NCBI GenBank assembly: GCA_049970895.1
Contig: JBMFMB010000009.1
Location: 1,010 to 59,943 of the forward strand
Length of the DNA stretch: 58,934 bases
DNA from: Candidatus Bathyarchaeia archaeon
GTDB lineage: Archaea > Thermoproteota > Bathyarchaeia > Bathyarchaeales > Bathycorpusculaceae
Direction: 5' to 3'
In this document: one piece after another, positions 8,230-17,091 of the stretch
Numbering within the stretch: position 1 is the stretch's first letter
How the letters are laid out: the number at the start of each line of letters is the position of its first letter
Translations under genes and position numbers: made by a program
The notes under the pieces: generated by a model
Told to the model about the DNA's origin: nothing
What the model saw: the letters and a program-made list of their open reading frames with translations, nothing else
Databases searched by the model: none

Positions 8230-8335
8230 TGCGGCCGCCGGGATTCGAACCCGGGATCGCAGGCTTGGAAGGCCTCCACCGTTGCAAGCAGTTTCTTGCA
8301 GCGTCTGTGTCCTAACCAGACTAGACGACGGCCGC
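8230..8335 (-). tRNA. tRNA-Gly(TCC) with 31-nt intron at position 29/30 (8274-8304)
   Basis: Acceptor GCGGCCG/CGGCCGC; T-arm CCGGG TTCGAAT CCCGG; anticodon stem CAG^GC/GCCTG with loop CTTCCAA; CCA not encoded. Confidence 0.93.
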
Positions 8336-8389
8336 ACGACCACTTTCTAAATTCAAAACGGATAGATAAAAATTCTTTCACCCAGCTTT

Positions 8390-9010
8390 CTATTTGAAAT
8401 TTCCCCTAAGCTTTTTGGGAGCAATTCTCTGTCTCTCCAAGTTTTTAAGCCGGGCGTAAAGTTTTGCAATCTTTGTTTTTGAAGGCTTTTTGCGACGGAT
8501 AACCCTTAATGGTGGTGGTGTAAAAGGCTTTTTAGATTCCTCAGCTTCCTTACGCTTTTTAAAAACCACCATTTGAGGAGATTTCACTTTTTTGAAGATT
8601 ACATAGCCTTCCTTTAGGTTTACTTCGCTGGTTCCCCATCCAGCTTCAAGCCAAGCCCTCGCATGCACAATGTTTGGGGAGTTTACCCACCAGTTTTCAG
8701 AGCGGTAAGCCTCCATGGGCAGGTTATCTCCAATAATCCCATCTATTTGGGCGAAGGAAAGCTTGACGGAGTCGGTGAAGGCCGCCCTAAACTTCAAATA
8801 GCCCTTAAGCGGCTCGTACTTGGCTTTAGGCTTTGGAGAGACAATCCGCCTAGCACAGTTAAGACAAAGAAGCCTTGAAGCGTCACCCGTTGTCACTTCT
8901 GGAACCATACAGTCAATGCAGAAGAGTTTGCCACACTTCCAACAGCGCCTAAGATAATTGTAGGGAAGAACCCTTCCACAAAGGCTACACTCATCTTTGA
9001 AAGGCATCAA
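8390..9010 (-). CDS. Cys-rich Zn finger fused to a DUF7662-like domain with basic tail
   Basis: Four CxxC pairs, then KYEPL..YL...LSFAQID.IIG..LP..A...WW.N...HARAWLEAGW. Confidence 0.75.
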   Translation of the reverse strand: MMPFKDECSLCGRVLPYNYLRRCWKCGKLFCIDCMVPEVTTGDASRLLCLNCARRIVSPKPKAKYEPLKGYLKFRAAFTDSVKLSFAQIDGIIGDNLPMEAYRSENWWVNSPNIVHARAWLEAGWGTSEVNLKEGYVIFKKVKSPQMVVFKKRKEAEESKKPFTPPPLRVIRRKKPSKTKIAKLYARLKNLERQRIAPKKLRGNFK

Positions 9011-9231
9011 ACCACTTTAGCCTTTAAACGCAAACGACTAAAACACAGCTCCACATATAGATTTTTCTAAGTCCTAAGCCTTTTAACAAGTGCTAAAGGC
9101 GGTTAAAGCGTGCAGAATTCGGAGGCCTCCTAGAAAACAGTATCAACTGTTGAAAACAGAATGGTCCCTAATAATACCTACCATTTGACGCCGCACAAGT
9201 GGGAAAAATTTAATTTGGAGAAAGGTAAATT

Positions 9232-10815
9232 TTGGTTAGAATGGCTTGGAAATTTCTTGTTAGGGTATCCGTGTTTTTTGTATTCGCGTCGTTAGTTGGC
9301 TGTATGCTCTTCAATTTTGGAGTAGTTTGTCCAATGAGTGTTGTATGGGAGGGACGTGGGATTTGGGTTTGGGGCTTTAAGCTTCAGTCAGATCCTGCAA
9401 TTGGGCCTTTGCAGATTCGAAATGCTTTTAGGAATTTTTCAGAGATTGGGCTTAACTTTATACTCTTTCTTGTAAAGAGTGATAGCGGGTGGCTATTCTA
9501 TAATAGTAGCATCGGTCCCGTTGACTCGCGTTATGGTTGGGATCCACTTAAGGTTGCGGTTGAGGAGGCACATAATTTTGGCCTTGAGTTGCATGCTTGG
9601 TTCTGTGTCTTCAGGGATATTCGACTGGCCAATGTGACAAGGCCTGACTTAGCCATGATTAGTATTGACGGTGAACGTTCTGAAGAGTGGGTTTGTCCGA
9701 GGAATGAGGAGGTTCGCATGTACGTGAAGAGCTTGATAGCTGAAGTTGTCTCCAAATATAATGTTGATGGGGTCCATGTAGATTACATCCGTTATCCAAA
9801 TAGAACCTACTGTTACTGTGATAGATGCCGACAAAATTGGATAATTGAACATCCTGAAATTCCATGTCCCCCAGACCCAAACAATCCTGAATGGATAAGG
9901 GTGAGGCAGAATGTCATTACAAGCTTTATCGAGGAAACCCGTATGATGATTAAGGGCATGAAACCTAACATTAAACTTTCAGCAGCTGTCTACCCAATTC
10001 CAGACGACGCCATCAACAATAGGATGCAGAACTATCCAGAATGGGCTGAGAAGGGCATAATAGACTTCATAACACCAATGACCTACACTGACAAGCCAAG
10101 CCTTTTCGGCGACTGGCTTAAACAAATTTTAAGGGCTGTGAAAGGTAAAACGCTTGTATATCCTGGTATTGGACTTTACAAGTTTTATGAACTCTCAAAC
10201 GCGACAGAAATCCTTATAGAACAGATTAATAAGACTCGATGCCTCAACTTGACCGTTGACTGTTTAACATTGAAAACAGACGGATACGTGCTGTTCCGTT
10301 ACAAGTTTTTAAATCAATTCATTGAAACCATAAAACAGTTAAACGGTCAGAAAGCGCAAACACCGCATAGCGAAGAGTTCCCACCTGAAATTGGTGAACC
10401 AAACCGTCAGCCCAAAGAGGTTGAGCCACTCCAAACCGTGAACATAACAGTCAATGTAATAGACTATCCAACAAGGGTTAGAAGCGTGACGTTATGGTAT
10501 AAAGCTAACAATGGCACTTGGTGGTCTACGACCATAAAGCAGACATGCCAAAACACTTATCAGGCGACAATACCCGGATACGAATACTGCACATGGATTC
10601 ACTATAAGATAGAGGCTTACGACATAGTTGGAAACAAAGCCGTTAAAGAAGAAAGCTATCACGTAATACCAGAGTTCACATCAGACACCATCACACTTTC
10701 AATTATGATTATTTCCGCTATAACCATTGCCCTTATAAGAAGAAAATGCCAAACGAAGGAGCACACGTTTTCTAAACGTGGCTTAAATGTTAATGCTTCA
10801 ATGCTTAAATATTAA
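9232..10815 (+). CDS. Secreted glycoside hydrolase-like family 10 (DUF187) protein with PEF-CTERM anchor
   Basis: DPLKVAVEEAHNFGLELHAWF, YNVDGVHVDYIRYP, IDFITPMTY; VIPEF + TM + RRK. Confidence 0.85.
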   Translation: MVRMAWKFLVRVSVFFVFASLVGCMLFNFGVVCPMSVVWEGRGIWVWGFKLQSDPAIGPLQIRNAFRNFSEIGLNFILFLVKSDSGWLFYNSSIGPVDSRYGWDPLKVAVEEAHNFGLELHAWFCVFRDIRLANVTRPDLAMISIDGERSEEWVCPRNEEVRMYVKSLIAEVVSKYNVDGVHVDYIRYPNRTYCYCDRCRQNWIIEHPEIPCPPDPNNPEWIRVRQNVITSFIEETRMMIKGMKPNIKLSAAVYPIPDDAINNRMQNYPEWAEKGIIDFITPMTYTDKPSLFGDWLKQILRAVKGKTLVYPGIGLYKFYELSNATEILIEQINKTRCLNLTVDCLTLKTDGYVLFRYKFLNQFIETIKQLNGQKAQTPHSEEFPPEIGEPNRQPKEVEPLQTVNITVNVIDYPTRVRSVTLWYKANNGTWWSTTIKQTCQNTYQATIPGYEYCTWIHYKIEAYDIVGNKAVKEESYHVIPEFTSDTITLSIMIISAITIALIRRKCQTKEHTFSKRGLNVNASMLKY

Positions 10816-10835
10816 TCGTGTTGGTTGAATGTTAA

Positions 10836-11207
10836 GTGGGAGGTTGCTGTTTGAATCGTCAGCTTTACATGTTTGGCTTTCTCCTGCTTGTTGCCGGCGG
10901 CTTCCTAATTGTCCGTGGAATAGACTTTCCGGGTTTTACGCTTTTCATAATAGGCCTATTTTCAGCTATTTTCGGGTTTGCAGTTCCAGAGGATGAGACA
11001 AAAACGGCGTTTAAAGCAATAGCCTCATCCACACTAACAATAGGACTATTATACGTGGCGGCCATCATTCACGTCTTAACCCTTCCCAAAGGCTCCCATG
11101 TTGAGATTCAGCCCGCCATAATCCCGACAGGCGTAATCTTCATAATCCTAACATGCGTCTACTACACCATCTTCCACTATGCTAAGAAAAGAAAGAAAGT
11201 TCAATAA
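10836..11207 (+). CDS. Hypothetical 4-TM membrane protein
   Basis: Four hydrophobic segments and a basic tail. Confidence 0.6.
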   Translation: MGGCCLNRQLYMFGFLLLVAGGFLIVRGIDFPGFTLFIIGLFSAIFGFAVPEDETKTAFKAIASSTLTIGLLYVAAIIHVLTLPKGSHVEIQPAIIPTGVIFIILTCVYYTIFHYAKKRKKVQ

Positions 11208-11261
11208 AACGCACACATGTAAAAATTACGCGAAAACAAAATTTTGATAATGTGAACTTAT

Positions 11262-11444
11262 ATGCGCGCGACAGAACGTAAACAGTTTAAGCTCTTCCTA
11301 AACCCAACCATTTACAAGGCTTTCAGGCTTAGGTGCAGGCTTAAGAAACGTAAGCCAAACGTTGTTGTTGAAAACTTCATGGTCGCATGCCTTGGAAACC
11401 CCATGCTTATAGACCTAACCGAGCGCCTCACACATAAAAAATGA
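11262..11444 (+). CDS. Small ribbon-helix-helix-like protein
   Basis: RKQFKLFLNPTIYKAFRLRC...PNVVVENFM fits a strand-helix-helix pattern; lies just before the integrase remnant. Confidence 0.5.
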   Translation: MRATERKQFKLFLNPTIYKAFRLRCRLKKRKPNVVVENFMVACLGNPMLIDLTERLTHKK

Positions 11445-11456
11445 AACGTGAAACAA

Positions 11457-11890
11457 ATGCAAGGGGAAACCAGAGAACCATCAGGGCTTAAATGCCCCCA
11501 ATGCAAATCAACAAAAGTTTGCAGAGATGGAATACGCTACCTAACAAACGGAAAGACTAAATTGAAAGGCAGATTTTAAATTCGCCAAACACCCATACTA
11601 ATTATTGCCAAGGGAGCTGTGAAGCCTTCTCAGGTGGAGCGTCCACCAGCAGGCGAAAGCCACAATGGAATACATTGCACAAAAAACATTAAATGGGTCC
11701 AGCAACTCTTGGGGCATAAGAGACTTGAAAATACAGACCTCTACACCCAACTTATAAATTTTGAAAGTGACGAATGGCATGTGGCAACAGCGAAAAACCT
11801 TGAAGAGGAAAAGAAACTCATTGAGGCGGGATTTGAATTTGTCCGCTACAGCGAAAAAACGAAGTGGCTATATACCGCAAAAGAAAATAA
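11457..11890 (+). pseudogene. Internally deleted, frameshifted tyrosine integrase
   Basis: N-terminal CPQCKSTKVCRDGIRY; then KATMEY /shift/ HCTKNIKWVQQLLGHKRLENTDLYTQL...LIEAGFEFV /shift/ EVAIYRKRK*. Confidence 0.8.
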
Positions 11891-11913
11891 AATCTCCAGT
11901 AGTATAGTTCAGG

Positions 11914-11991
11914 GCTCCGGTAGTATAGTCCGGTCAAGTATAGCGGCCTCTCGAGCCGCGGACCCGGGTTCAAATCCCGGCCGGAGCACCA
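11914..11991 (+). tRNA. tRNA-Glu(CTC)
   Basis: Acceptor GCTCCGG/CCGGAGC; anticodon arm GCGGC CTCTCGA GCCGC; GGTTCAAATCC; encoded CCA. Confidence 0.95.
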
Positions 11992-12117
11992 TACACGCTT
12001 TTATACACAATCCGACACTATTTAGCCTCAAGCATATAAAAAGTAACCATAAATCAGCAGATAAACCGACAGATTTAAATAGTACTTTTGACGGAAATGT
12101 CTCTGTGGATGCAGCGT

Positions 12118-13575
12118 ATGTCGGAAAGGGACTTTAAGAAACCCGAGACTCGTGAAGATTTCATCAGAATTTTGACGGATGCTGCTAGGAAGGAGGCTGA
12201 GGCTCGTAGTCTTTTGTCGGGTAAGCCTTCCAAGCCTACGGTTTCTGGCACAGCTAAGATTTTGGGGATTCATAGGGACACTCTTTATTCTTGGCTTAGG
12301 GAATTTAATGTCGACTTTGAAGAGGTTACATCCGGCATTTCTGCTGTTGAGGTGTCGGGTATTCGACAGCCTTCTAAGGGATATACGTACCTTATCGGGG
12401 AGGCTCTTGTCGGAGAGGGGAATGAGGTTGCTCACATAGACCTTTTGATAGGCGACAAGGAAGGCCCTGTCGGAGAGGCTTTTGCAAATGGTTTGGCTCA
12501 TCTTTCTATGGGGCATACACCACTTTTGGCTGTTATTAGGCCTAATCTTCCGCCCAAGCCTCACACTCTGCTTGTGCCTAAGGTAACTGTGAGGAACTTT
12601 GAGGATGCCAACAAGGTTTTCGGTCCGGCTCAGGCGGCTGTTGCGAAGGCTATCGCCGATGCTGTTGAGGAGGGCATAATTCCAAAGGATAAGGTTGACG
12701 ATTGGGTTGTGGTTTGCAGCGTCTTCGTTCACCCGAAGGCAAGTGATTATAGGAAGATATACCATTACAATTACAGTGCAACAAAATTGGCTTTGAAAAG
12801 GGCTATGGCGAGGTATCCATCGCTTGAGAAGGTTTTCTACGACAAGGATAGGGCTAAGCATCCAATGCTGGGTTATAGGGTGCCACGTCTCTGGAGACCG
12901 CCGTATTTGCAAATTTCGCTTGACATCCCCGACTTGGAGCGGACTAAGAAGATTATCATGCAGATTCCGAGGAGCGACAGGATAATTTTGGAGGCTGGGA
13001 CGCCCCTTATAAAGCGTTATGGCACCAAAGTGATAAGCGAGCTCAGAGAGGTTGCCAAAGACATATTCTTTATGGCGGATTTGAAAACCCTTGACGTCGG
13101 AAAGGTGGAGGTGGACATTGCATATGAGGAGACGGCTGACGGCGTAATAGCCGCTGGTTTAGCGCCTACAGAAACCCTTGATGCCTTCATCTATGAGGCA
13201 AAGCGGCTTGGGATTTATGCGGTTGTTGACATGCTTAACGTTGAAGACCCACTTAAGAAACTGAAAAGCCTCAGAGACTTTCCGGATGTTGTCATAATCC
13301 ATAGGGGTATAGATGAGGAAACTGGCAAAACAATTGGGTTAGAGCTTATACAAGAGCTTAGGCAAACGTTCAAGGACAAGAAGTTCTTGATTGCCGTGGC
13401 TGGTGGCATAATCCCAGAAACCGCAAAAGAGGCTTTGGAGAAGGGTGCCGACATAATTGTTGTTGGACGTTATGTAACACAGTCAAAAGACATCGAGAGG
13501 TCTGTAAGGGAGTTCTTAGAGTTAACACCAGAAATGCGGGAAGACATAGACGTTTACAGAGTTCATGTAGAATAA
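12118..13575 (+). CDS. fae-hps: HTH-fused bifunctional formaldehyde-activating enzyme / 3-hexulose-6-phosphate synthase
   Basis: GEALVGEGNEVAHIDLLIG and FGPAQAAVAKA (Fae); LEAGTPLIK, ADLKTLDVG, IHRGID, AVAGGI, VVGR (HPS); N-terminal VSGTAKILGIHRDTLYSWL. Confidence 0.9.
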   Translation: MSERDFKKPETREDFIRILTDAARKEAEARSLLSGKPSKPTVSGTAKILGIHRDTLYSWLREFNVDFEEVTSGISAVEVSGIRQPSKGYTYLIGEALVGEGNEVAHIDLLIGDKEGPVGEAFANGLAHLSMGHTPLLAVIRPNLPPKPHTLLVPKVTVRNFEDANKVFGPAQAAVAKAIADAVEEGIIPKDKVDDWVVVCSVFVHPKASDYRKIYHYNYSATKLALKRAMARYPSLEKVFYDKDRAKHPMLGYRVPRLWRPPYLQISLDIPDLERTKKIIMQIPRSDRIILEAGTPLIKRYGTKVISELREVAKDIFFMADLKTLDVGKVEVDIAYEETADGVIAAGLAPTETLDAFIYEAKRLGIYAVVDMLNVEDPLKKLKSLRDFPDVVIIHRGIDEETGKTIGLELIQELRQTFKDKKFLIAVAGGIIPETAKEALEKGADIIVVGRYVTQSKDIERSVREFLELTPEMREDIDVYRVHVE

Positions 13576-13600
13576 AAGTGCCTTTGCCTAAAAGTATAGT

Positions 13601-14025
13601 TTAAAAGAAACGTAAGCGAGGAGGAAAATTACACCGCCAATAGGAACACATAGATGAAACCCAAGTTTGAGCAGTAAGTGGACCTATAAAGGCGCCTCCA
13701 GCACTTCCTAAACTTACAAGCACATCAAATAAGCCTGCTTCCCTGCTGGTATAAGTTCCATTGAAAGGAACGCACGTAAACATGGTATAAGGCGTAAGCA
13801 AAGCCCATCAAGGTTAAAATTAACGCGGCTAGAGTTATTGTGTAAACGTTTAAAATGGTAAAGACTGCTAAAAGAAAGACAAGGAAGCCCCTTGCTGAAA
13901 CGATTTTTGTAGGTGCATTTTCTCTTCTTCTTGTTCGAGCTTGTTTCTCGCCATGAAATATCCGATGGCGTTAGCTGCTGAGTTGAAACGTAGATGGCGT
14001 AAACTATGCTTGTGAGTAAGCACAA
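13601..14025 (-). pseudogene. Degraded C-terminal remnant of an MFS transporter
   Basis: Fragments in shifting frames: LSMELIPAGKQ / AGLFDVLVSLGSAGGAFIGPLTAQ. Confidence 0.55.
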
Positions 14026-14127
14026 ATCTTTGAGGAAAAGATGGGTAAACTATATGCGTTCAAGTTTTCACACAACCCTTAATAGTTAGAGATTCAAATT
14101 CATAATCTCCGCTGGAGAGATAAACTG

Positions 14128-14553
14128 ATGGCTAAATTCAAGGTTATAGTGTCCGACCCTGAAAATGGAACTTCAAAAACTGTTGAATTGGAGGATGCTC
14201 GGGCAGTTCCATTGATTGGAAAAAAGATAGGCGACATTGTAGATGGTTCAGTTGTGGGTTTGCCTGGTTTTAAGGTGCAGATTACTGGCGGTTCGGATAA
14301 GGATGGCTTTCCAATGAGACCTAACGTGCATGGTGGAGTTAGGAGAAGTGTTGTTTTGAGCGGCGGGGTTGGCTTTAACCCCCAGAATGAGGGTGAGCGG
14401 AGACGAAAAAAGGTTCGTGGGAATGTTATCACAGACGAGATTGTTCAGGTTAATATGAAAATAGTTGAAAAGCCAAAGGGCAAGAAGACTGGAGAGGTAA
14501 AAGAGAAGACTAAGCCAGCTGAAGAAGAGCAGAAAGCGGAGGGGAAAGCCTAA
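14128..14553 (+). CDS. rps6e: 30S ribosomal protein S6e
   Basis: ITGGSDKDGFPMRP, GERRRKKVRGN. Confidence 0.97.
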   Translation: MAKFKVIVSDPENGTSKTVELEDARAVPLIGKKIGDIVDGSVVGLPGFKVQITGGSDKDGFPMRPNVHGGVRRSVVLSGGVGFNPQNEGERRRKKVRGNVITDEIVQVNMKIVEKPKGKKTGEVKEKTKPAEEEQKAEGKA

Positions 14554-14638
14554 AAGCGAAACGCGTTTTGCTTAACGTTTATTAACTTGCGAGGCAACAT
14601 CCTTCAATAATTGCAGTTGCAAAGGGAAAACAAGGGAA

Positions 14639-15889
14639 ATGAGCGAAGAAAAAACTGTTGTCCTGCCACGGCAGCCAGAAATAAACATTGGTACTATAGG
14701 GCATGTTGACCATGGAAAAACAACTTTGGTGCAGGCTTTAACTGGTATTTGGGCTTCCAGACACAGCGAGGAACTCAAACGAGGCATAACAATAAAGTTG
14801 GGCTATGCGGACATGCCCGTCTACAAGTGTCCAAAATGTGAACCTCCAAAAAACTATTCAAAGGAACCCATCTGTCCCCACTGCGGTTCTGAAACAACCT
14901 TCATTAGGGCTGTAAGCTTTGTTGACGCCCCAGGGCATGAAGCCTTAATGGCTACAATGCTTTCTGGAGCTGCAATAATGGATGGAGCTATACTTGTAAT
15001 TGCCGCTGATGAACCTTGCCCACAACCCCAAACGAGAGAACATCTAGCGGCAGCGGAAATCATTGGAATTAAAAACATTATCATAGCGCAAAACAAAATT
15101 GATATTGTGACTGAGGAGAGAGCCAGGAAAAGCTATGAGGAGATTAAAAATTTTGTTAAGGGAACAGTTGCCGAAAATGCGCCGATAATTCCAGTTTCAG
15201 CTCAGCGGGGCGTTAACATAGACGCCTTAATCCAAGCCATGGAAGAGTTTATTCCAACCCCTAAAAGGGATGAGTCAAAACCTCCATTGATGTATGTTGT
15301 GCGCTCCTTTGACGTTAACAAGCCTGGCACTCCCATAGAGAAGCTTAAGGGCGGGGTTATAGGCGGAACAATTTTGCAGGGAAAATTTGCAGTTGAAAAC
15401 GAGATAGAGCTCCGCCCAGGAATAAGCGTTGAAGAGGAGGGCAAAACCGTTTACAAACCCCTTTTAAGCGAAATCACCAGCCTGCATGCAGGTGGAAGAA
15501 ACGTTAAAGAAGCCCGTTGTGGCGGCTTAGTTGGGGTCGGAACCCTTCTGGACCCTTCGCTTTCTAAGGCTGATGGTTTAACCGGAAACATTGTTGGGAA
15601 GGCTGGAATGCTTCCCGAAGTCCTAACAGAGCTAAATTTAGAGACTTTTATCCTTGAGCGGGCTGTTGGAACTAAAGAGCTTGCGAAGGTTGAAAGCATA
15701 AGCAAGGATGAAACATTATTGCTTCACGTGGGCGCCGCCATAACTGTTGGAAAAGTTGTTTCGGTTAAAGGCGAAATGACCACGCTTAAGCTTACGAGAC
15801 CAGTGTGCGCGCTCGCGGGTTCAAGAGTTGCCATAAGTAGGAAGATTGCTGGAAGATGGCGACTAATAGGATATGGAATGATAAAGTGA
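14639..15889 (+). CDS. eif2g: Translation initiation factor 2 gamma subunit
   Basis: GHVDHGKTT, RGITIKLGY, DAPGHE, NKID, RWRLIGYG. Confidence 0.98.
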   Translation: MSEEKTVVLPRQPEINIGTIGHVDHGKTTLVQALTGIWASRHSEELKRGITIKLGYADMPVYKCPKCEPPKNYSKEPICPHCGSETTFIRAVSFVDAPGHEALMATMLSGAAIMDGAILVIAADEPCPQPQTREHLAAAEIIGIKNIIIAQNKIDIVTEERARKSYEEIKNFVKGTVAENAPIIPVSAQRGVNIDALIQAMEEFIPTPKRDESKPPLMYVVRSFDVNKPGTPIEKLKGGVIGGTILQGKFAVENEIELRPGISVEEEGKTVYKPLLSEITSLHAGGRNVKEARCGGLVGVGTLLDPSLSKADGLTGNIVGKAGMLPEVLTELNLETFILERAVGTKELAKVESISKDETLLLHVGAAITVGKVVSVKGEMTTLKLTRPVCALAGSRVAISRKIAGRWRLIGYGMIK

Positions 15890-16317
15890 AATGTCCCACA
15901 ACACAAAAGGAAAAGTTGAGGGTTATTCTGGATTCAAACGCCTTCTTCGTCCCTTTAAAGTTTAAGATTGACATATTTGAGGAGTTAAAGAACCTTTTGA
16001 GTAGAAATGTTGAATTTGTATTGCTTACGCCAGTCAAAAGGGAGTTGGAAACGCTTGCTGCTAAGGGTTCGCCGAAAACAAGAAAAGAGGCAGCCTACGC
16101 CCTAATGCTTGCTGAAAAGTGTAAGCTTGTAGATTTGGGCGAAACATTTGAAGGTTATCCGGATGATGCCATTGTGAAGGTTGCAGGTGAATGGAAAAGT
16201 CCGGTTTTCACCAATGACAGAGCCCTCCGGAAGAGGTTAAGAGATATAAATGTGCCAGTTATTTATGTGAGGCAAAAGTCTAGGCTTGAAATTGAGGGAG
16301 GATGCAAACTTGTTTAA
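15856..16317 (+). CDS. PIN-domain protein (Fcf1/Utp24-like)
   Basis: VILDSNA, DDAI, FTNDRALRKRL; conserved position after eif2g. Confidence 0.88.
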   Translation: MATNRIWNDKVKCPTTQKEKLRVILDSNAFFVPLKFKIDIFEELKNLLSRNVEFVLLTPVKRELETLAAKGSPKTRKEAAYALMLAEKCKLVDLGETFEGYPDDAIVKVAGEWKSPVFTNDRALRKRLRDINVPVIYVRQKSRLEIEGGCKLV

Positions 16318-16909
16318 GCTCATAACTATGGAGGACACAATTCGTATTCCCCCAGAAACCTTTGGCAACCCGCTGGATGAGGTTGGACATCAGCAAGTTA
16401 AGGCAAAATATGAGGGGGTTGTAGACGAGGTTTTAGGCTACGTCATAGCCGCAACAAATGTTAAAGTGAGCCCCATAGGGAAAATAATTCCCGGAGACGG
16501 GGCAACCTACCATAAGGTAACTTTTTCTCTTTTGACTTTTTATCCCGAACTCCAAGAAGTCGTTGAAGGTGAGGTTGTTGAAATAGCTGATTTTGGCGCT
16601 TTCGTGCGCATAGGACCTGTTGACGCCCTGCTCCATGTCTCACAGCTAATGGACGACTTCATATCCTACGACGAAAAACAGGGAGCTTTAATAGGGAAAG
16701 AAACCCAGAGGAGGCTAGCGGCAGGCGACAGAGTTCGCGTCCGCATAACAGCCGTCTCCCTAGGCAGGGTGGGCGGCTCGGCAAAGATAGGCGTAACAGC
16801 CAGACAGCCCTTCTTGGGGAAGCTGGAGTGGATAGAGCAGGACCTACAAAAGTTAAGGGAGGCTTCTGAAAAGAAGAAGGAAAAAGAGGGGGAGAAGGCT
16901 AAAGAATGA
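16286..16909 (+). CDS. rpoE1: RNA polymerase subunit E' (Rpo7)
   Basis: GKIIPGDGATYH, S1 domain FGAFVRIGPVDALLHVSQ, QPFLGKLEW; true start probably TTG near 16310. Confidence 0.96.
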   Translation: MKLREDANLFKLITMEDTIRIPPETFGNPLDEVGHQQVKAKYEGVVDEVLGYVIAATNVKVSPIGKIIPGDGATYHKVTFSLLTFYPELQEVVEGEVVEIADFGAFVRIGPVDALLHVSQLMDDFISYDEKQGALIGKETQRRLAAGDRVRVRITAVSLGRVGGSAKIGVTARQPFLGKLEWIEQDLQKLREASEKKKEKEGEKAKE

Positions 16910-17091
16910 GTGAAAAAGCTTGCACCACATGCCACACAATAACAACCAGCAACGTTTGTCCAAAATGTAAGACCCCAACCCTAAGCGACGACTTCAGCGG
17001 ATTAGTAATAATATTTGACCCAGAGGGCTCAGCTATTGCAAAGGCGATGAACATTAAAGAGAGGGGACGCTACGCCCTAAAGGTCAGATAA
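16906..17091 (+). CDS. spt4: Transcription elongation factor Spt4 (RpoE'')
   Basis: KACTTC...CPKC...GLVIIFDPEGS.IA...GRYALKVR. Confidence 0.95.
   Translation: MSEKACTTCHTITTSNVCPKCKTPTLSDDFSGLVIIFDPEGSAIAKAMNIKERGRYALKVR

Noticed and set aside
8159-8287. Integrase ORF reading through the tRNA-Gly 3' half, as in SSV-type split integrases
   Set aside because: The integrase looks complete from ATG 8158 with its own TATA-like box, and no intN fragment or att duplicate was found
9048-9060. GCTCCACATATAG as a distal copy of the tRNA-Glu 5' end
   Set aside because: Too short and gapped, and it overlaps the likely promoter of the 8390-9010 gene
11619-12137. 172-aa ORF in the track
   Set aside because: It is a chimera of the integrase remnant frame and read-through of tRNA-Glu
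12028-12912. 294-aa minus-strand ORF and many other antisense ORFs in the track
   Set aside because: They are shadows of well-supported genes on the opposite strand and have no motifs
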